Source: Geotalea daltonii FRC-32
GTDB lineage: Bacteria > Desulfobacterota > Desulfuromonadia > Geobacterales > Geobacteraceae
Assembly (NCBI RefSeq): GCF_000022265.1
Contig: NC_011979.1
Location: 3,570,001-3,602,000, forward strand
Reading direction: 5' to 3'
DNA length: 32,000 nt
The notes beneath the pieces were generated by a model. The model saw only the letters and a list, made by a program, of their open reading frames with translations. It was not told where the DNA came from and ran no database searches. Position 1 is the stretch's first letter. Each line of letters starts with the position of its first letter. The translations under genes and the position numbers were made by a program. This document shows positions 13,734 to 22,844 of this stretch, in pieces.

Positions 13734-16295
13734 ATGGAAAGAGCACTTCCCGTAGCAATGACCCCGAGAACCAAAGCCCTGCTTGAGGCGCTGAAGCGGC
13801 AGGGGCGGAAGAACCGGGCGGATGAGTGGTTCCGCAACAGCATGTTTCCCGATGTCGGCAAGGAATTTCCCCAGGAGCCGGTGATCGTCCGCACCGCCCT
13901 GGCCAGCGAGGCCATGCTGTGCGCCATGACCGACGAGCGCAATTCGCTCCATACCGGCACCTATGCCATCGCCGATGGTGAGCTGATCGTCGGTGTCCTC
14001 CCCATGGGCTCCAACGGCCTGGGCAAGGTTTTTCCCAATTACCTGACTGAGGACGAAAAGCGTGCCGCGCGGATCACCAATCGGACCGAACTGTCGCTCC
14101 TGGGACATAACACTGCCGATTACGACCGGCTGGTGCGCTACGGCATCCGCGGCATTCTGGAGACCTGCGAGAGCAAGAGTGCGGAAATCAAGGCCAAGCA
14201 GCCGCTTACCGAGGACGATCAGAACAAGCTCGATTTCTACCGGGCCGTGCGCATTGCCAGCGAGGCCGTGGTCGAGTATGCCGGCCGCTTCGCCGACCTG
14301 GCCCGGGATAAGGGGCGAACGGAGAGCGATCTCCGCCGACGGGCCGAACTGGCCGAGATTGAGCGGATCTGCCGCAAAGTGCCCCTGGAGCCTGCCGACA
14401 CCTTCCACGAGGCGCTGCAGAGCATCTGGTTCGTCCACACTGCCCTCCACGCCAGCATGAATCTCATCTCCCTCGGCCGGCTCGATCAGGTGCTGGCCCC
14501 CTACCTGGCGAGCACAGTCGAAAAAGGTGTGTACGACCCGGCCAAGGGGGTGGAACTGTTCGAGTGTTTCCTGATCAAGGCGGCGTGGCGGCTCAACTAC
14601 ACCACCGAATACCTGGTGCAGCAGGACCACATGGACTACAACGCCGCCCTGGGCGTCAACCCCTATTATCTGGACCAGCGGGCCGGCGCCAACAACTTCC
14701 TGCAGAACGTCATCATCGGCGGACTGAAGCCCGATGGCAGCGATGCCACCAACGACTGCACCTTCGTCATCCTTCGGGCCTACCGCAACGTCAACCTTCC
14801 TACCCCCGGCATCTATGTCCGCATGGGCAGCTCTTCGCCGGAGAACCTCAAGTTTGCCGTGGCAGAATCGCTCCACGAGACAGGAAACAACCCGTCGATC
14901 CTCAACGACGATGTCCTCATCCCCGCTCTGTACCGGGCCTTCTGCGAAGGGGAAGACCCGACCGACCGGGCACGCCTGGCCGAACTTAAGGCCGTGGTCA
15001 ACGACTACTGCGTGGACGGCTGCTGGGAACCGATCCTGAACGGCAAGAGCGACTGGACCTTCGGCATGATCAACGGTATGACCATCCTGGAGTGCTCCCT
15101 CAATAAGGGGGCGACCCTGGACAACAACCCCGGCACCCTCCGCGGCGGCAAGCTGAGCTACTCCTCCGGCGAGATCGCCAGTTATGGAGCGCTGCGGGAA
15201 TCCCTGCGCGGCCACCTGCAGTTCTTCGTCGATCAGTCCGCCTTCGGCCTCTACAAGTACTACATGACCGACGAGTACGTGGTCCCCTGCCCGCTCTTTT
15301 CCGCCTTCCTAGGCACCTGCCTGGAGCGGGGACGGGACAAAGCCTGGGGCGGCGCCGAGTACAACATCGGCGGCACCATCCTCACCGGTGTACCGAACAT
15401 GGTCAACACCGTCTGCGCCATGAAAAAATGGGTCTTCGACGAGGGCAAGTACCACCTTGACGACGTGCTGGAGGCGTTCCGCAACAACTTCGTCTCGCCC
15501 CAGACCACCAACCCGGCGTCCCAGCGCACCTACGACGCCATCCGGGTCGACTTTGCCACCAATAGCCCGCTCTTCGGCTCCAATCATCCCGAAGCCAACG
15601 CAGTCACCCGCTGGATCCTGGATGACTATTTCGATGCGGTGATGAGTTCCAAGTCCATGGCCGACCGAATCTTCCTCAAGAAGCCTGCGACGACCGAAGA
15701 AGAGCGCGAGGTAAAGCGGCTGCGTTACATTGCCGGCTACTTCGGCGAATCGTTCCAGGAAAAATTCGGCCCCCAGTTCAATATCAAGTTCACCGCCGGC
15801 TGCGGCACCTTCGAGCAGTATCCCCTCCAGGGAGCCGGCATTGCCGCCTCTGCCGACCGCGCCGCGGCAGCACCGCTGGCCCCCAACTTCACTCCCCCTC
15901 CCGGTACGCAGATAAATGGTATCGGCAACCTGCTCGCCTCGTTCAGCGGCCTCGGTCTCGACCGGTTAGGCGCGGGGGTCATCACCGACCTCTGCCTCGA
16001 CCAAAGCCAGAATGACCCGGAGGTGATCCGGGGGATCATGGAGCAGTTCATCGCCAACAAGGGGAATATGATGACCCTGGCCATCGGCAACAGCGCCGTC
16101 TACCAGACAATCTACGAACTTTCCTGGGCTGCGTCAAAGATGTCGGACCAGACGGAGGCGGTGCGCAAGCTTGAGGAATATTCCGCCATCAACGTCCGGG
16201 TCGGTGGTTGGCAAGCCCCCTTCATCACCATGTCACTGGACCAGCAGGAAAACTACATCAACCGCCCGGTTACAGCCGGGGGAGGTGCCCGATGA
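13734..16295 (+). CDS. Glycyl radical enzyme, PFL2/1,2-eliminase-like, substrate unknown
   Basis: 853 aa. The Gly-radical loop is NVRVGGW (Gly825, codon 16206-16208). The Cys loop DGCWEP (Cys430-x-Glu432, codon 15021) resembles dehydratase/lyase GREs. RBS AAAGGAG. Confidence 0.9.
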   Translation: MERALPVAMTPRTKALLEALKRQGRKNRADEWFRNSMFPDVGKEFPQEPVIVRTALASEAMLCAMTDERNSLHTGTYAIADGELIVGVLPMGSNGLGKVFPNYLTEDEKRAARITNRTELSLLGHNTADYDRLVRYGIRGILETCESKSAEIKAKQPLTEDDQNKLDFYRAVRIASEAVVEYAGRFADLARDKGRTESDLRRRAELAEIERICRKVPLEPADTFHEALQSIWFVHTALHASMNLISLGRLDQVLAPYLASTVEKGVYDPAKGVELFECFLIKAAWRLNYTTEYLVQQDHMDYNAALGVNPYYLDQRAGANNFLQNVIIGGLKPDGSDATNDCTFVILRAYRNVNLPTPGIYVRMGSSSPENLKFAVAESLHETGNNPSILNDDVLIPALYRAFCEGEDPTDRARLAELKAVVNDYCVDGCWEPILNGKSDWTFGMINGMTILECSLNKGATLDNNPGTLRGGKLSYSSGEIASYGALRESLRGHLQFFVDQSAFGLYKYYMTDEYVVPCPLFSAFLGTCLERGRDKAWGGAEYNIGGTILTGVPNMVNTVCAMKKWVFDEGKYHLDDVLEAFRNNFVSPQTTNPASQRTYDAIRVDFATNSPLFGSNHPEANAVTRWILDDYFDAVMSSKSMADRIFLKKPATTEEEREVKRLRYIAGYFGESFQEKFGPQFNIKFTAGCGTFEQYPLQGAGIAASADRAAAAPLAPNFTPPPGTQINGIGNLLASFSGLGLDRLGAGVITDLCLDQSQNDPEVIRGIMEQFIANKGNMMTLAIGNSAVYQTIYELSWAASKMSDQTEAVRKLEEYSAINVRVGGWQAPFITMSLDQQENYINRPVTAGGGAR

Positions 16296-18217
16296 GCAAA
16301 GGTTATATGGGACGCATTCTCTGGGTCGATCTAAGCAAGGGAACCTTTCACACCGAGCACCTTGACGATGCCCTCTACGAGCAGTTCCTCGGCGGCTACG
16401 GCCTGGCGGCGAAGGTCATCTTCGACCGGCAGAAGCCGAGGCTGTCCGCCTTTCACCCGGACAACATCCTGGCCATGATGAGCGGGCTCTTGACCAACGG
16501 CCGGGCCATCTTCAACGGGCGGTGGATGCTGGCCGGCAAGAGCCCGTTAACCGGGACCTGGGGCGATGCCAACTGTGGCGGCGACCTGGCTCCGGCCATT
16601 AAAGAAAGCGGCTTCGACGGCATCTTTTTTATCGGCAAGAGCGAGAAACCGGTCTATCTGCTGATCGACGGGAAGAAGATGGAGTTGCGGGATGCCTCGG
16701 CGCTCTGGGGAATACTGGATGCGGTCGAGACCGAAAATCGCCTCAGGGCGGTACATGGCGACGATTTCCGGGCCGCCTGCATCGGCGCGGGAGGCGAACG
16801 GCGCTCGCTGATCGCCGGTGTCGTCAACGGCAAGGGACGGCTTGCAGCCCGCAGCGGTCTGGGTGCCCTGATGGGCTCGAAGAACCTGAAGGCGGTCTGT
16901 CTCAGGGGAGACCACCAGACCGGCTGCCATGACGAGGCTGCGGTCTGGCAGCATACCACCCAGTTTCTCACTAGCCTGGAAACCGACCTCAACGATTTCG
17001 GCAAGAAGATGAAGCAGGCCGGTACTGCCGGCACCCTCACCGATTCCACCACCTCGGGGGACTCGCCGCTCCTGAACTGGCAGGGGGTACCGGCGGATTT
17101 CCCGGCGGAAAAGGCCAACAAGATCGATCTCTTCTCCGTCACCCGGTATGAAACCCGCAAATACCATTGCTACGGCTGCCCCTTCGGCTGCGGCGGTCTC
17201 TGCATGATCCCGGACGAACCACTGCTGAAGGAAACGCACCGCCCGGAGTACGAGACCATCTGCGGCTTCGGCGCCCAATTGCTCAACGACAACATCGAAA
17301 GCATCTTCATGGTCAACGAGCTCTTGAACCGGGCCGGCATCGACACCATCAGCTGCGCCACCACCGTCAACTGGGCCTTCGAGGCTTACGCCAAGGGCAT
17401 TCTGACGCAGGAAGACACCGACGGGCTGGAGCTTACCTGGGGCAACCATGGAGCGCTGGTCGCCCTGGTGCAGAAGATCGTCGCCGGCGAGGGGATCGGC
17501 GCCATCCTGGCCAACGGGGTAAAAAAGAGCGCCGAGCACTTCGGTGGCGAGGAGCTGGCGGCGCCCATGCACGTGCACGGCCAGGAACTGCCCATGCACG
17601 ATTCCCGCAGCACCAGCGGCGGGCTCGATCTCGGTGTGGGATACGAAACGGAACCGACCCCCGGCCGTCATACCGCCACCTTTGCCGGTTGGGACCAGTA
17701 CAAGCATTCTGACCATCCCAAGAACAGGCTGTTCGACAAGTTCCGCCTGAAGAGCCGCTATGAAAAGCCGGTCGATGACGACCACGAGAAACAGGGGGAA
17801 CGCCTGCGGGGGGCCAGCTGTGCGGAGGACATCATCAACGGGGCCGGGCTCTGCAACTTCGGCTTCTATCTGGGACCGGCGCCGCCGCTGGTGGAGTGGC
17901 TCAACGCCACTACCGGCTGGCGCAAGACCTTCGACGATTACCTGCTGGTCGGTCAGCGGATCAAGACCGTCCGTCATGCCTTCAATATCCGGGAAGGGCT
18001 GGAGGTTGCCGAGATCCGCATGCCCGAGCGGGCGCGGGGAAATCCTCCGCTTACCACCGGCCCCAACGCATACAGCGGCAATGTCCTGGCGTGGGATGAC
18101 GCGAAGAAGGACTACTACCGGGCCATGGGATGGGACGAAATCACCGGGCGTCCCTTACGGGAGACACTCCGGTCCCTGGAGCTGCCGGAAGTGGAAAAGG
18201 CCCTGTACGGGGAATGA
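16292..18217 (+). CDS. Aldehyde:ferredoxin oxidoreductase family (tungsto/molybdopterin) enzyme
   Basis: N-terminus MSKGYMGRILWVDLSKG..FLGGYGLAAK. 4Fe-4S motif CYGCPFGC. GAGLCNFG. ATG 16292 overlaps the GRE stop (ATGA). RBS GGGGGAGG. Confidence 0.9.
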   Translation: MSKGYMGRILWVDLSKGTFHTEHLDDALYEQFLGGYGLAAKVIFDRQKPRLSAFHPDNILAMMSGLLTNGRAIFNGRWMLAGKSPLTGTWGDANCGGDLAPAIKESGFDGIFFIGKSEKPVYLLIDGKKMELRDASALWGILDAVETENRLRAVHGDDFRAACIGAGGERRSLIAGVVNGKGRLAARSGLGALMGSKNLKAVCLRGDHQTGCHDEAAVWQHTTQFLTSLETDLNDFGKKMKQAGTAGTLTDSTTSGDSPLLNWQGVPADFPAEKANKIDLFSVTRYETRKYHCYGCPFGCGGLCMIPDEPLLKETHRPEYETICGFGAQLLNDNIESIFMVNELLNRAGIDTISCATTVNWAFEAYAKGILTQEDTDGLELTWGNHGALVALVQKIVAGEGIGAILANGVKKSAEHFGGEELAAPMHVHGQELPMHDSRSTSGGLDLGVGYETEPTPGRHTATFAGWDQYKHSDHPKNRLFDKFRLKSRYEKPVDDDHEKQGERLRGASCAEDIINGAGLCNFGFYLGPAPPLVEWLNATTGWRKTFDDYLLVGQRIKTVRHAFNIREGLEVAEIRMPERARGNPPLTTGPNAYSGNVLAWDDAKKDYYRAMGWDEITGRPLRETLRSLELPEVEKALYGE

Positions 18218-18426
18218 CCTTATTCATGCCGGCGGATATTGCCAGGGAATCGCAGGACTGGTTCAACAGAAAAAATTTTTACCTGGTCAGCAATCGGCAA
18301 ATAGAGGATAACTGCATCAAGAAAGAGTTGCTCTCGGAATTACATGGTTTCGAGACCATTGCACCTTTGTATCAGTATCTATACAAAGTGGCAGCATACA
18401 AAATGTCCAACAAGAGAGGGCATTAA
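18214..18426 (+). CDS. Small hypothetical protein (70 aa)
   Basis: ATG 18214 overlaps the AOR stop (ATGA). Its TAA is immediately followed by the ATG of the next gene (18427). No family recognised; an alternative ATG lies at 18226. Confidence 0.45.
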   Translation: MTLFMPADIARESQDWFNRKNFYLVSNRQIEDNCIKKELLSELHGFETIAPLYQYLYKVAAYKMSNKRGH

Positions 18427-19293
18427 ATGACCAAAATTTTACTATTGGTCTTGCTGATCGCCCTAACCGTCCTTTGCCAGGGATGCGTCGGCAGGCTTTT
18501 CTACTACCCGGACAAAGAAACCTACGACACACCGGCTCGCCATGGTCTTCCCTTTGAGGAGGTCACCTTTGCCAGCAAGGATGGCACAAGACTTTCCGGC
18601 TGGTTCATTCCGGCAGTCGGCAAGCCCAAGGGCACGGTGATCCATTTCCACGGCAATGCCCAGAACATGACCGCCCATTTCGGCTTTGTCTCCTGGCTCC
18701 CTGCTGAAGGCTTCAACCTCTTTGTCTTCGATTACCGGGGCTACGGAAAGTCGGCGGGGCGCCCGAACCGGCAGGGGGTCTTTGAAGATTCCGTCGCAGC
18801 CATATCTTACATTGCCGCACGAAAGGACGTGGACCAAAACCGGCTCCTCATCCTTGGTCAGAGCCTTGGCGGCACCAACGCCATTGCTGCAGTGGGCATG
18901 AATCGCTTCACCGGCATCCGGGCCGTTGCCATCGAATCCACCTTTGCCTCCTATCGGGAAATCGTCCGGGACAAGATCGGAGAGATCCCTATAGTATCCC
19001 TTTTTAAATGGCCCCTCTCCTATCTCCTTGTCGGCAACAGTCACAGCGCCGATCAGGTGGTGGACAAGATCGCGCCCCTACCCCTCTTGCTCATTTACGG
19101 TGATGAAGATCCGATCATTCCATACCGTCACGGCAAGAAACTGTTCGAGAAGGCAAAGGAACCGAAACAATTCTGGACCATCAAGGGGGGCAGCCACACT
19201 GAGGCCTTCCTGGAGGCAGGCTCGCCATACCGGGCCAAGCTGGTCAGCTTCTTCCTCGAATCACTTGATGGCAAACTGAAAATCCCAAAGTGA
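18427..19293 (+). CDS. Alpha/beta hydrolase (S9/S33-like esterase), N-terminally anchored or exported
   Basis: Hydrophobic N-terminus; HFHGNAQN; nucleophile elbow GQSLGG; GDEDPIIP; GGSHTEAF. Confidence 0.85.
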   Translation: MTKILLLVLLIALTVLCQGCVGRLFYYPDKETYDTPARHGLPFEEVTFASKDGTRLSGWFIPAVGKPKGTVIHFHGNAQNMTAHFGFVSWLPAEGFNLFVFDYRGYGKSAGRPNRQGVFEDSVAAISYIAARKDVDQNRLLILGQSLGGTNAIAAVGMNRFTGIRAVAIESTFASYREIVRDKIGEIPIVSLFKWPLSYLLVGNSHSADQVVDKIAPLPLLLIYGDEDPIIPYRHGKKLFEKAKEPKQFWTIKGGSHTEAFLEAGSPYRAKLVSFFLESLDGKLKIPK

Positions 19294-19395
19294 ACCTGCT
19301 TCTCTCCTCTTCCATCCTGTGCTACAATCCATCCGTTTTTAATCTCAAAACGGAGGAGCCCTCCCGGCAGAGGACTTCTTCAGAGGGGTACTGCC

Positions 19396-19542
19396 ATGAA
19401 AAACTTGATCTATATCTTGTCGGTAGGAATTTTTCTGATATCCGGTTGCGTGTGGGTGGGGCCAGGCAAATCGGCTCCTCCAGGGCAGGTAAAGAAAGCC
19501 ACCGGATATAATCCGGCATCGGGCAAGTTCAAGGTCAAGTAG
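19396..19542 (+). CDS. 48-aa lipoprotein (below the ORF-track cutoff)
   Basis: MKNLIYILSVGIFLISGCVWVGPGKSAPPGQVKKATGYNPASGKFKVK. Lipobox LISGC; RBS GAGGGG 7 nt upstream. Confidence 0.55.
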   Translation: MKNLIYILSVGIFLISGCVWVGPGKSAPPGQVKKATGYNPASGKFKVK

Positions 19543-19610
19543 TCATCATTGCCTGCCCCATGGCCTAATAAGCGACAGCCAATCCCAAAGGGTTCAGTCC
19601 GTTTTCTCTC

Positions 19611-19639
19611 TTGACTCCTGATGGCAACGATGGTACTGT
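19611..19639 (+). promoter_or_regulatory. Putative sigma70 promoter of the pyr operon
   Basis: TTGACT (19611-19616), a 17-nt spacer, then TGG-TACTGT (extended -10, 19631-19639). Confidence 0.5.
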
Positions 19640-19665
19640 CCTACGACTTTATTCCATACTCCCCT

Positions 19666-19695
19666 TTTAATTTAGCCCCGTGAGGTTAGCAAAGG
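19666..19695 (+). promoter_or_regulatory. PyrR-binding loop in the pyr leader RNA
   Basis: UUUAAUUUAGCCCCGUGAGGUUAGCAAAGG resembles the Bacillus-type binding loop (UUUAA..RUCCAGAGAGGYU..AAGG), with stem UAGCC/GGUUA. Confidence 0.6.
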
Positions 19696-19728
19696 TGATG
19701 AAGAGAGAACCTCCCAAGATAGCTTGTG

Positions 19729-19767
19729 AAGAGCCTCTCCGTCTTTTGCGCGGGAGGCTCTTTTTTC
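19729..19767 (+). terminator. Attenuator terminator upstream of pyrR
   Basis: GAGCCTC(T)CCG / CGGGAGGCTC followed by TTTTTT, 65 nt before the pyrR start. The upstream segment GAAGAGAGAACCTCCC can compete for pairing. Confidence 0.7.
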
Positions 19768-19832
19768 ATGCCCCCTCATCAGCTGTAACCTCCCTGCTTC
19801 ACCAACCTGACATGCGAGAAAGGAGTGCCTAA

Positions 19833-20369
<537 letters not shown>

Positions 20370-20423
20370 TCTTTTGCCGGGGCACCTTTCGGGGCTGTCC
20401 GATATGGCACACAGGAGGTAACC

Positions 20424-21359
20424 ATGGCTTTCAAGCATAAAGATATCATCGGACTGCAGGACCTGACCAGGGAAGAGATAGAGTTGCTTCTGTCCACGGC
20501 TGAAAACCTCAAGGAGATAAACAGCCGGGAGATAAAAAAGGTGCCGACCCTGCGCGGCAAGACGGTGGTGAATCTGTTTTACGAGGCATCCACCCGCACC
20601 CGCACCTCCTTCGAAATAGCGGCAAAAAGGCTCTCCGCCGACACCATCAACATAACCGCCTCCACCAGCTCGGTGACCAAGGGCGAAACTCTCTCCGACA
20701 CGGCGCGCAACGTCCTGGCCATGAACCCGGACATCATCGTCATGCGCCATGCTGTTTCCGGCGCCCACCACTATCTGGCAAAGCGGGTTTCCTGCTCGGT
20801 GATCAATGCGGGTGACGGCGCCCACGAGCATCCATCCCAGGGACTTCTGGACATGCTGACCATGCGCCAGCAATTCGGCAAACTTGAAGGGCTCAAGGTG
20901 GCCATCGTCGGCGACATCACCCACAGTCGCGTGGCCCGTTCAGACATCTACGGCCTGACCAGGATGGGGGCCAACGTCTTTCTTGCCGGGCCGCCGACCA
21001 TGATGCCTCCGGGTATCGAGCGTCTCGGCAATGTGACCGTGTGCAAGGACATGCGCGAGGCGGTGGCCGATGCGGACGTGGTAATGATGCTTCGCATCCA
21101 GCTGGAGCGCCAGGGGAAGACCCTGCTCCCCACCATGAAGGAATATTCCCGTTATTTCGGTCTGAACCAGAGTGTGCTGAAGCTGGCAAAGAAAGATGCC
21201 ATGGTCATGCATCCAGGACCGATCAACAGGGGGGTCGAACTGAGCTCGGACGTTGCCGACGGCAGCCAGTCCCACATCCTGAAACAGGTGGAAAATGGCG
21301 TCGCAGTGCGGATGTCCATGCTGTATCATGTGAGCGGCGGGGAACTGCCCACCGAATAA
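20424..21359 (+). CDS. pyrB: Aspartate carbamoyltransferase catalytic subunit
   Basis: [35 protein letters not shown]. Confidence 0.95.
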   Translation: MAFKHKDIIGLQDLTREEIELLLSTAENLKEINSREIKKVPTLRGKTVVNLFYEASTRTRTSFEIAAKRLSADTINITASTSSVTKGETLSDTARNVLAMNPDIIVMRHAVSGAHHYLAKRVSCSVINAGDGAHEHPSQGLLDMLTMRQQFGKLEGLKVAIVGDITHSRVARSDIYGLTRMGANVFLAGPPTMMPPGIERLGNVTVCKDMREAVADADVVMMLRIQLERQGKTLLPTMKEYSRYFGLNQSVLKLAKKDAMVMHPGPINRGVELSSDVADGSQSHILKQVENGVAVRMSMLYHVSGGELPTE

Positions 21360-21368
21360 TAGGAAATT

Positions 21369-21453
21369 GTAGGGGCGAATCTTGTATTCGCCCATCCCAA
21401 GGGGAAATCCTGTATTGCGGCAAGGCATGGGCGATCACAAGGATCGCCCCTAC
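21369..21453. repeat. Pair of inverted GTAGGGGCGA palindromic (REP-like) hairpins
   Basis: GTAGGGGCGAAT-CTTGT-ATTCGCCC (21369-21393) and GGGCGATC-ACAAG-GATCGCCCCTAC (21429-21453), in the pyrB-pyrC spacer. Confidence 0.85.
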
Positions 21454-21476
21454 ATCTAAATTATGGGGTGATAATT

Positions 21477-22754
21477 ATGAACATATTTATAAAAGGAGGG
21501 CGGGTAATTGACCCGTCACAGAACATTGATGAAACCCTGGATCTGCTGGTTGTGGCCGGCAGGATCAAAGAGCTCGGCAAGGGGCTGAAAGCTCCTGCCG
21601 ACGCAGAGGTCATCGATGCCGCCGGCCTTCTGGTCACCCCAGGCCTCATCGACATGCACGTCCACCTGCGTGATCCGGGGCTGGAATACAAGGAAGACGT
21701 CATTACCGGCACCATGGCCGCGGCAGCCGGTGGGTTCACCTCGGTGGCATGTATGCCCAACACCAAGCCGGTCAACGACAATAAGGCCATTACTTCCTAT
21801 ATTGTCAACAAGGCGAAAGCTGAGGCACTGGTAAACGTTTTTCCGGTCGGGGCCATTACCCAGGGAAGCAAGGGAGAAAATCTGGCCGAGATGGGTGAAC
21901 TGAAGGAAGCAGGCTGTGTCGCCGTCTCCGACGACGGCCGTCCGGTTGTCAATGCCGAGTTGATGCGCAGGGCTCTGGAATATGCCAAGGGCATGGGGGT
22001 CATGGTCATCGCCCATTCGGAAGAACTGGCATTGGTGGGTGAAGGGGTGATGAATGAAGGCTTTACCGCCACGGAACTTGGCCTCAAGGGCATTCCCTGG
22101 GCAGCGGAAGACGTGGCGGTCGCCCGTGACGTTTATCTGGCCGAATTTACCAATTCCCCCATCCATATCGCCCACATCTCCACAAAAGGATCGGTACGGA
22201 TCATCCGGGATGCCAAGGCCCGTGGCGTGCAGGTCACCTGCGAAACGGCCCCCCACTATTTTTCCCTCACCGATGATGCGGTGCGCGGCTACGAAACAAA
22301 CGCCAAGATGAATCCGCCGCTTCGTGAGGCTGAGGACGTGGCTGCCATCAAGACCGGTCTGGCAGACGGCACCATCGATGCCATCGCCACCGACCATGCG
22401 CCCCATCACCTTGATGAAAAGGACGTGGAATTCAATGTGGCCCTCAACGGCATCATCGGTTTGGAAACATCCCTCCCCCTTTCCCTGAAGCTGGTTGAGG
22501 AAAAGGTGCTGGATATGAAGACCCTGGTGGAAAAGATGGCGGTGAGACCGGCGCAGATCCTTGGTCTTGACCGGGGCACCCTCAAGACAGGAGCACCAGC
22601 CGATGTGACCATCATCGATCCCAAAGCCGAATGGGTGGTGGAGGCGGAGAAACTCGCCAGCAAGTCGAAGAATTCCCCCTTTCTCGGACGGAAGATGACG
22701 GGGGCTGCTGCCTACACCATTGTCGACGGGAAGGTAGTTCATAAAAGGGATTGA
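21477..22754 (+). CDS. pyrC: Dihydroorotase
   Basis: ATG 21477 (the track start at 21468 is a GTG). [21 protein letters not shown]. Confidence 0.95.
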   Translation: MNIFIKGGRVIDPSQNIDETLDLLVVAGRIKELGKGLKAPADAEVIDAAGLLVTPGLIDMHVHLRDPGLEYKEDVITGTMAAAAGGFTSVACMPNTKPVNDNKAITSYIVNKAKAEALVNVFPVGAITQGSKGENLAEMGELKEAGCVAVSDDGRPVVNAELMRRALEYAKGMGVMVIAHSEELALVGEGVMNEGFTATELGLKGIPWAAEDVAVARDVYLAEFTNSPIHIAHISTKGSVRIIRDAKARGVQVTCETAPHYFSLTDDAVRGYETNAKMNPPLREAEDVAAIKTGLADGTIDAIATDHAPHHLDEKDVEFNVALNGIIGLETSLPLSLKLVEEKVLDMKTLVEKMAVRPAQILGLDRGTLKTGAPADVTIIDPKAEWVVEAEKLASKSKNSPFLGRKMTGAAAYTIVDGKVVHKRD

Positions 22755-22768
22755 TCCCGGTGGGGAAT

Positions 22769-22811
22769 CGTAGGGGCAATTCCGTAGGGGCAATTCATGA
22801 ATTGCCCCTAC
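22769..22811. repeat. GTAGGGGCAATTC half-site plus full palindrome (same REP-like family)
   Basis: CGTAGGGGCAATTC, then GTAGGGGCAATTC-ATG-AATTGCCCCTAC (22784-22811), in the pyrC-carA spacer. Confidence 0.85.
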
Positions 22812-22844
22812 ACATTAATACATACCAATTCAGGAGCATTAAAC

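Noticed and set aside
13677-15215. 512-aa ORF on the minus strand, antisense to the GRE gene
   Set aside because: It is a typical long antisense open frame of a GC-rich gene. The translation is low-complexity (Ala/Gly/Val/Pro-rich) with no motifs, while the plus-strand frame carries unmistakable GRE motifs.
16547-17977. 476-aa minus-strand ORF antisense to the AOR gene
   Set aside because: Same reasoning: no recognisable domains, and the plus frame has the AOR cluster and pterin motifs and is translationally coupled to its neighbours.
21516-22793. 425-aa minus-strand ORF antisense to pyrC
   Set aside because: The plus frame is an obvious dihydroorotase. The antisense frame is a compositional artefact.
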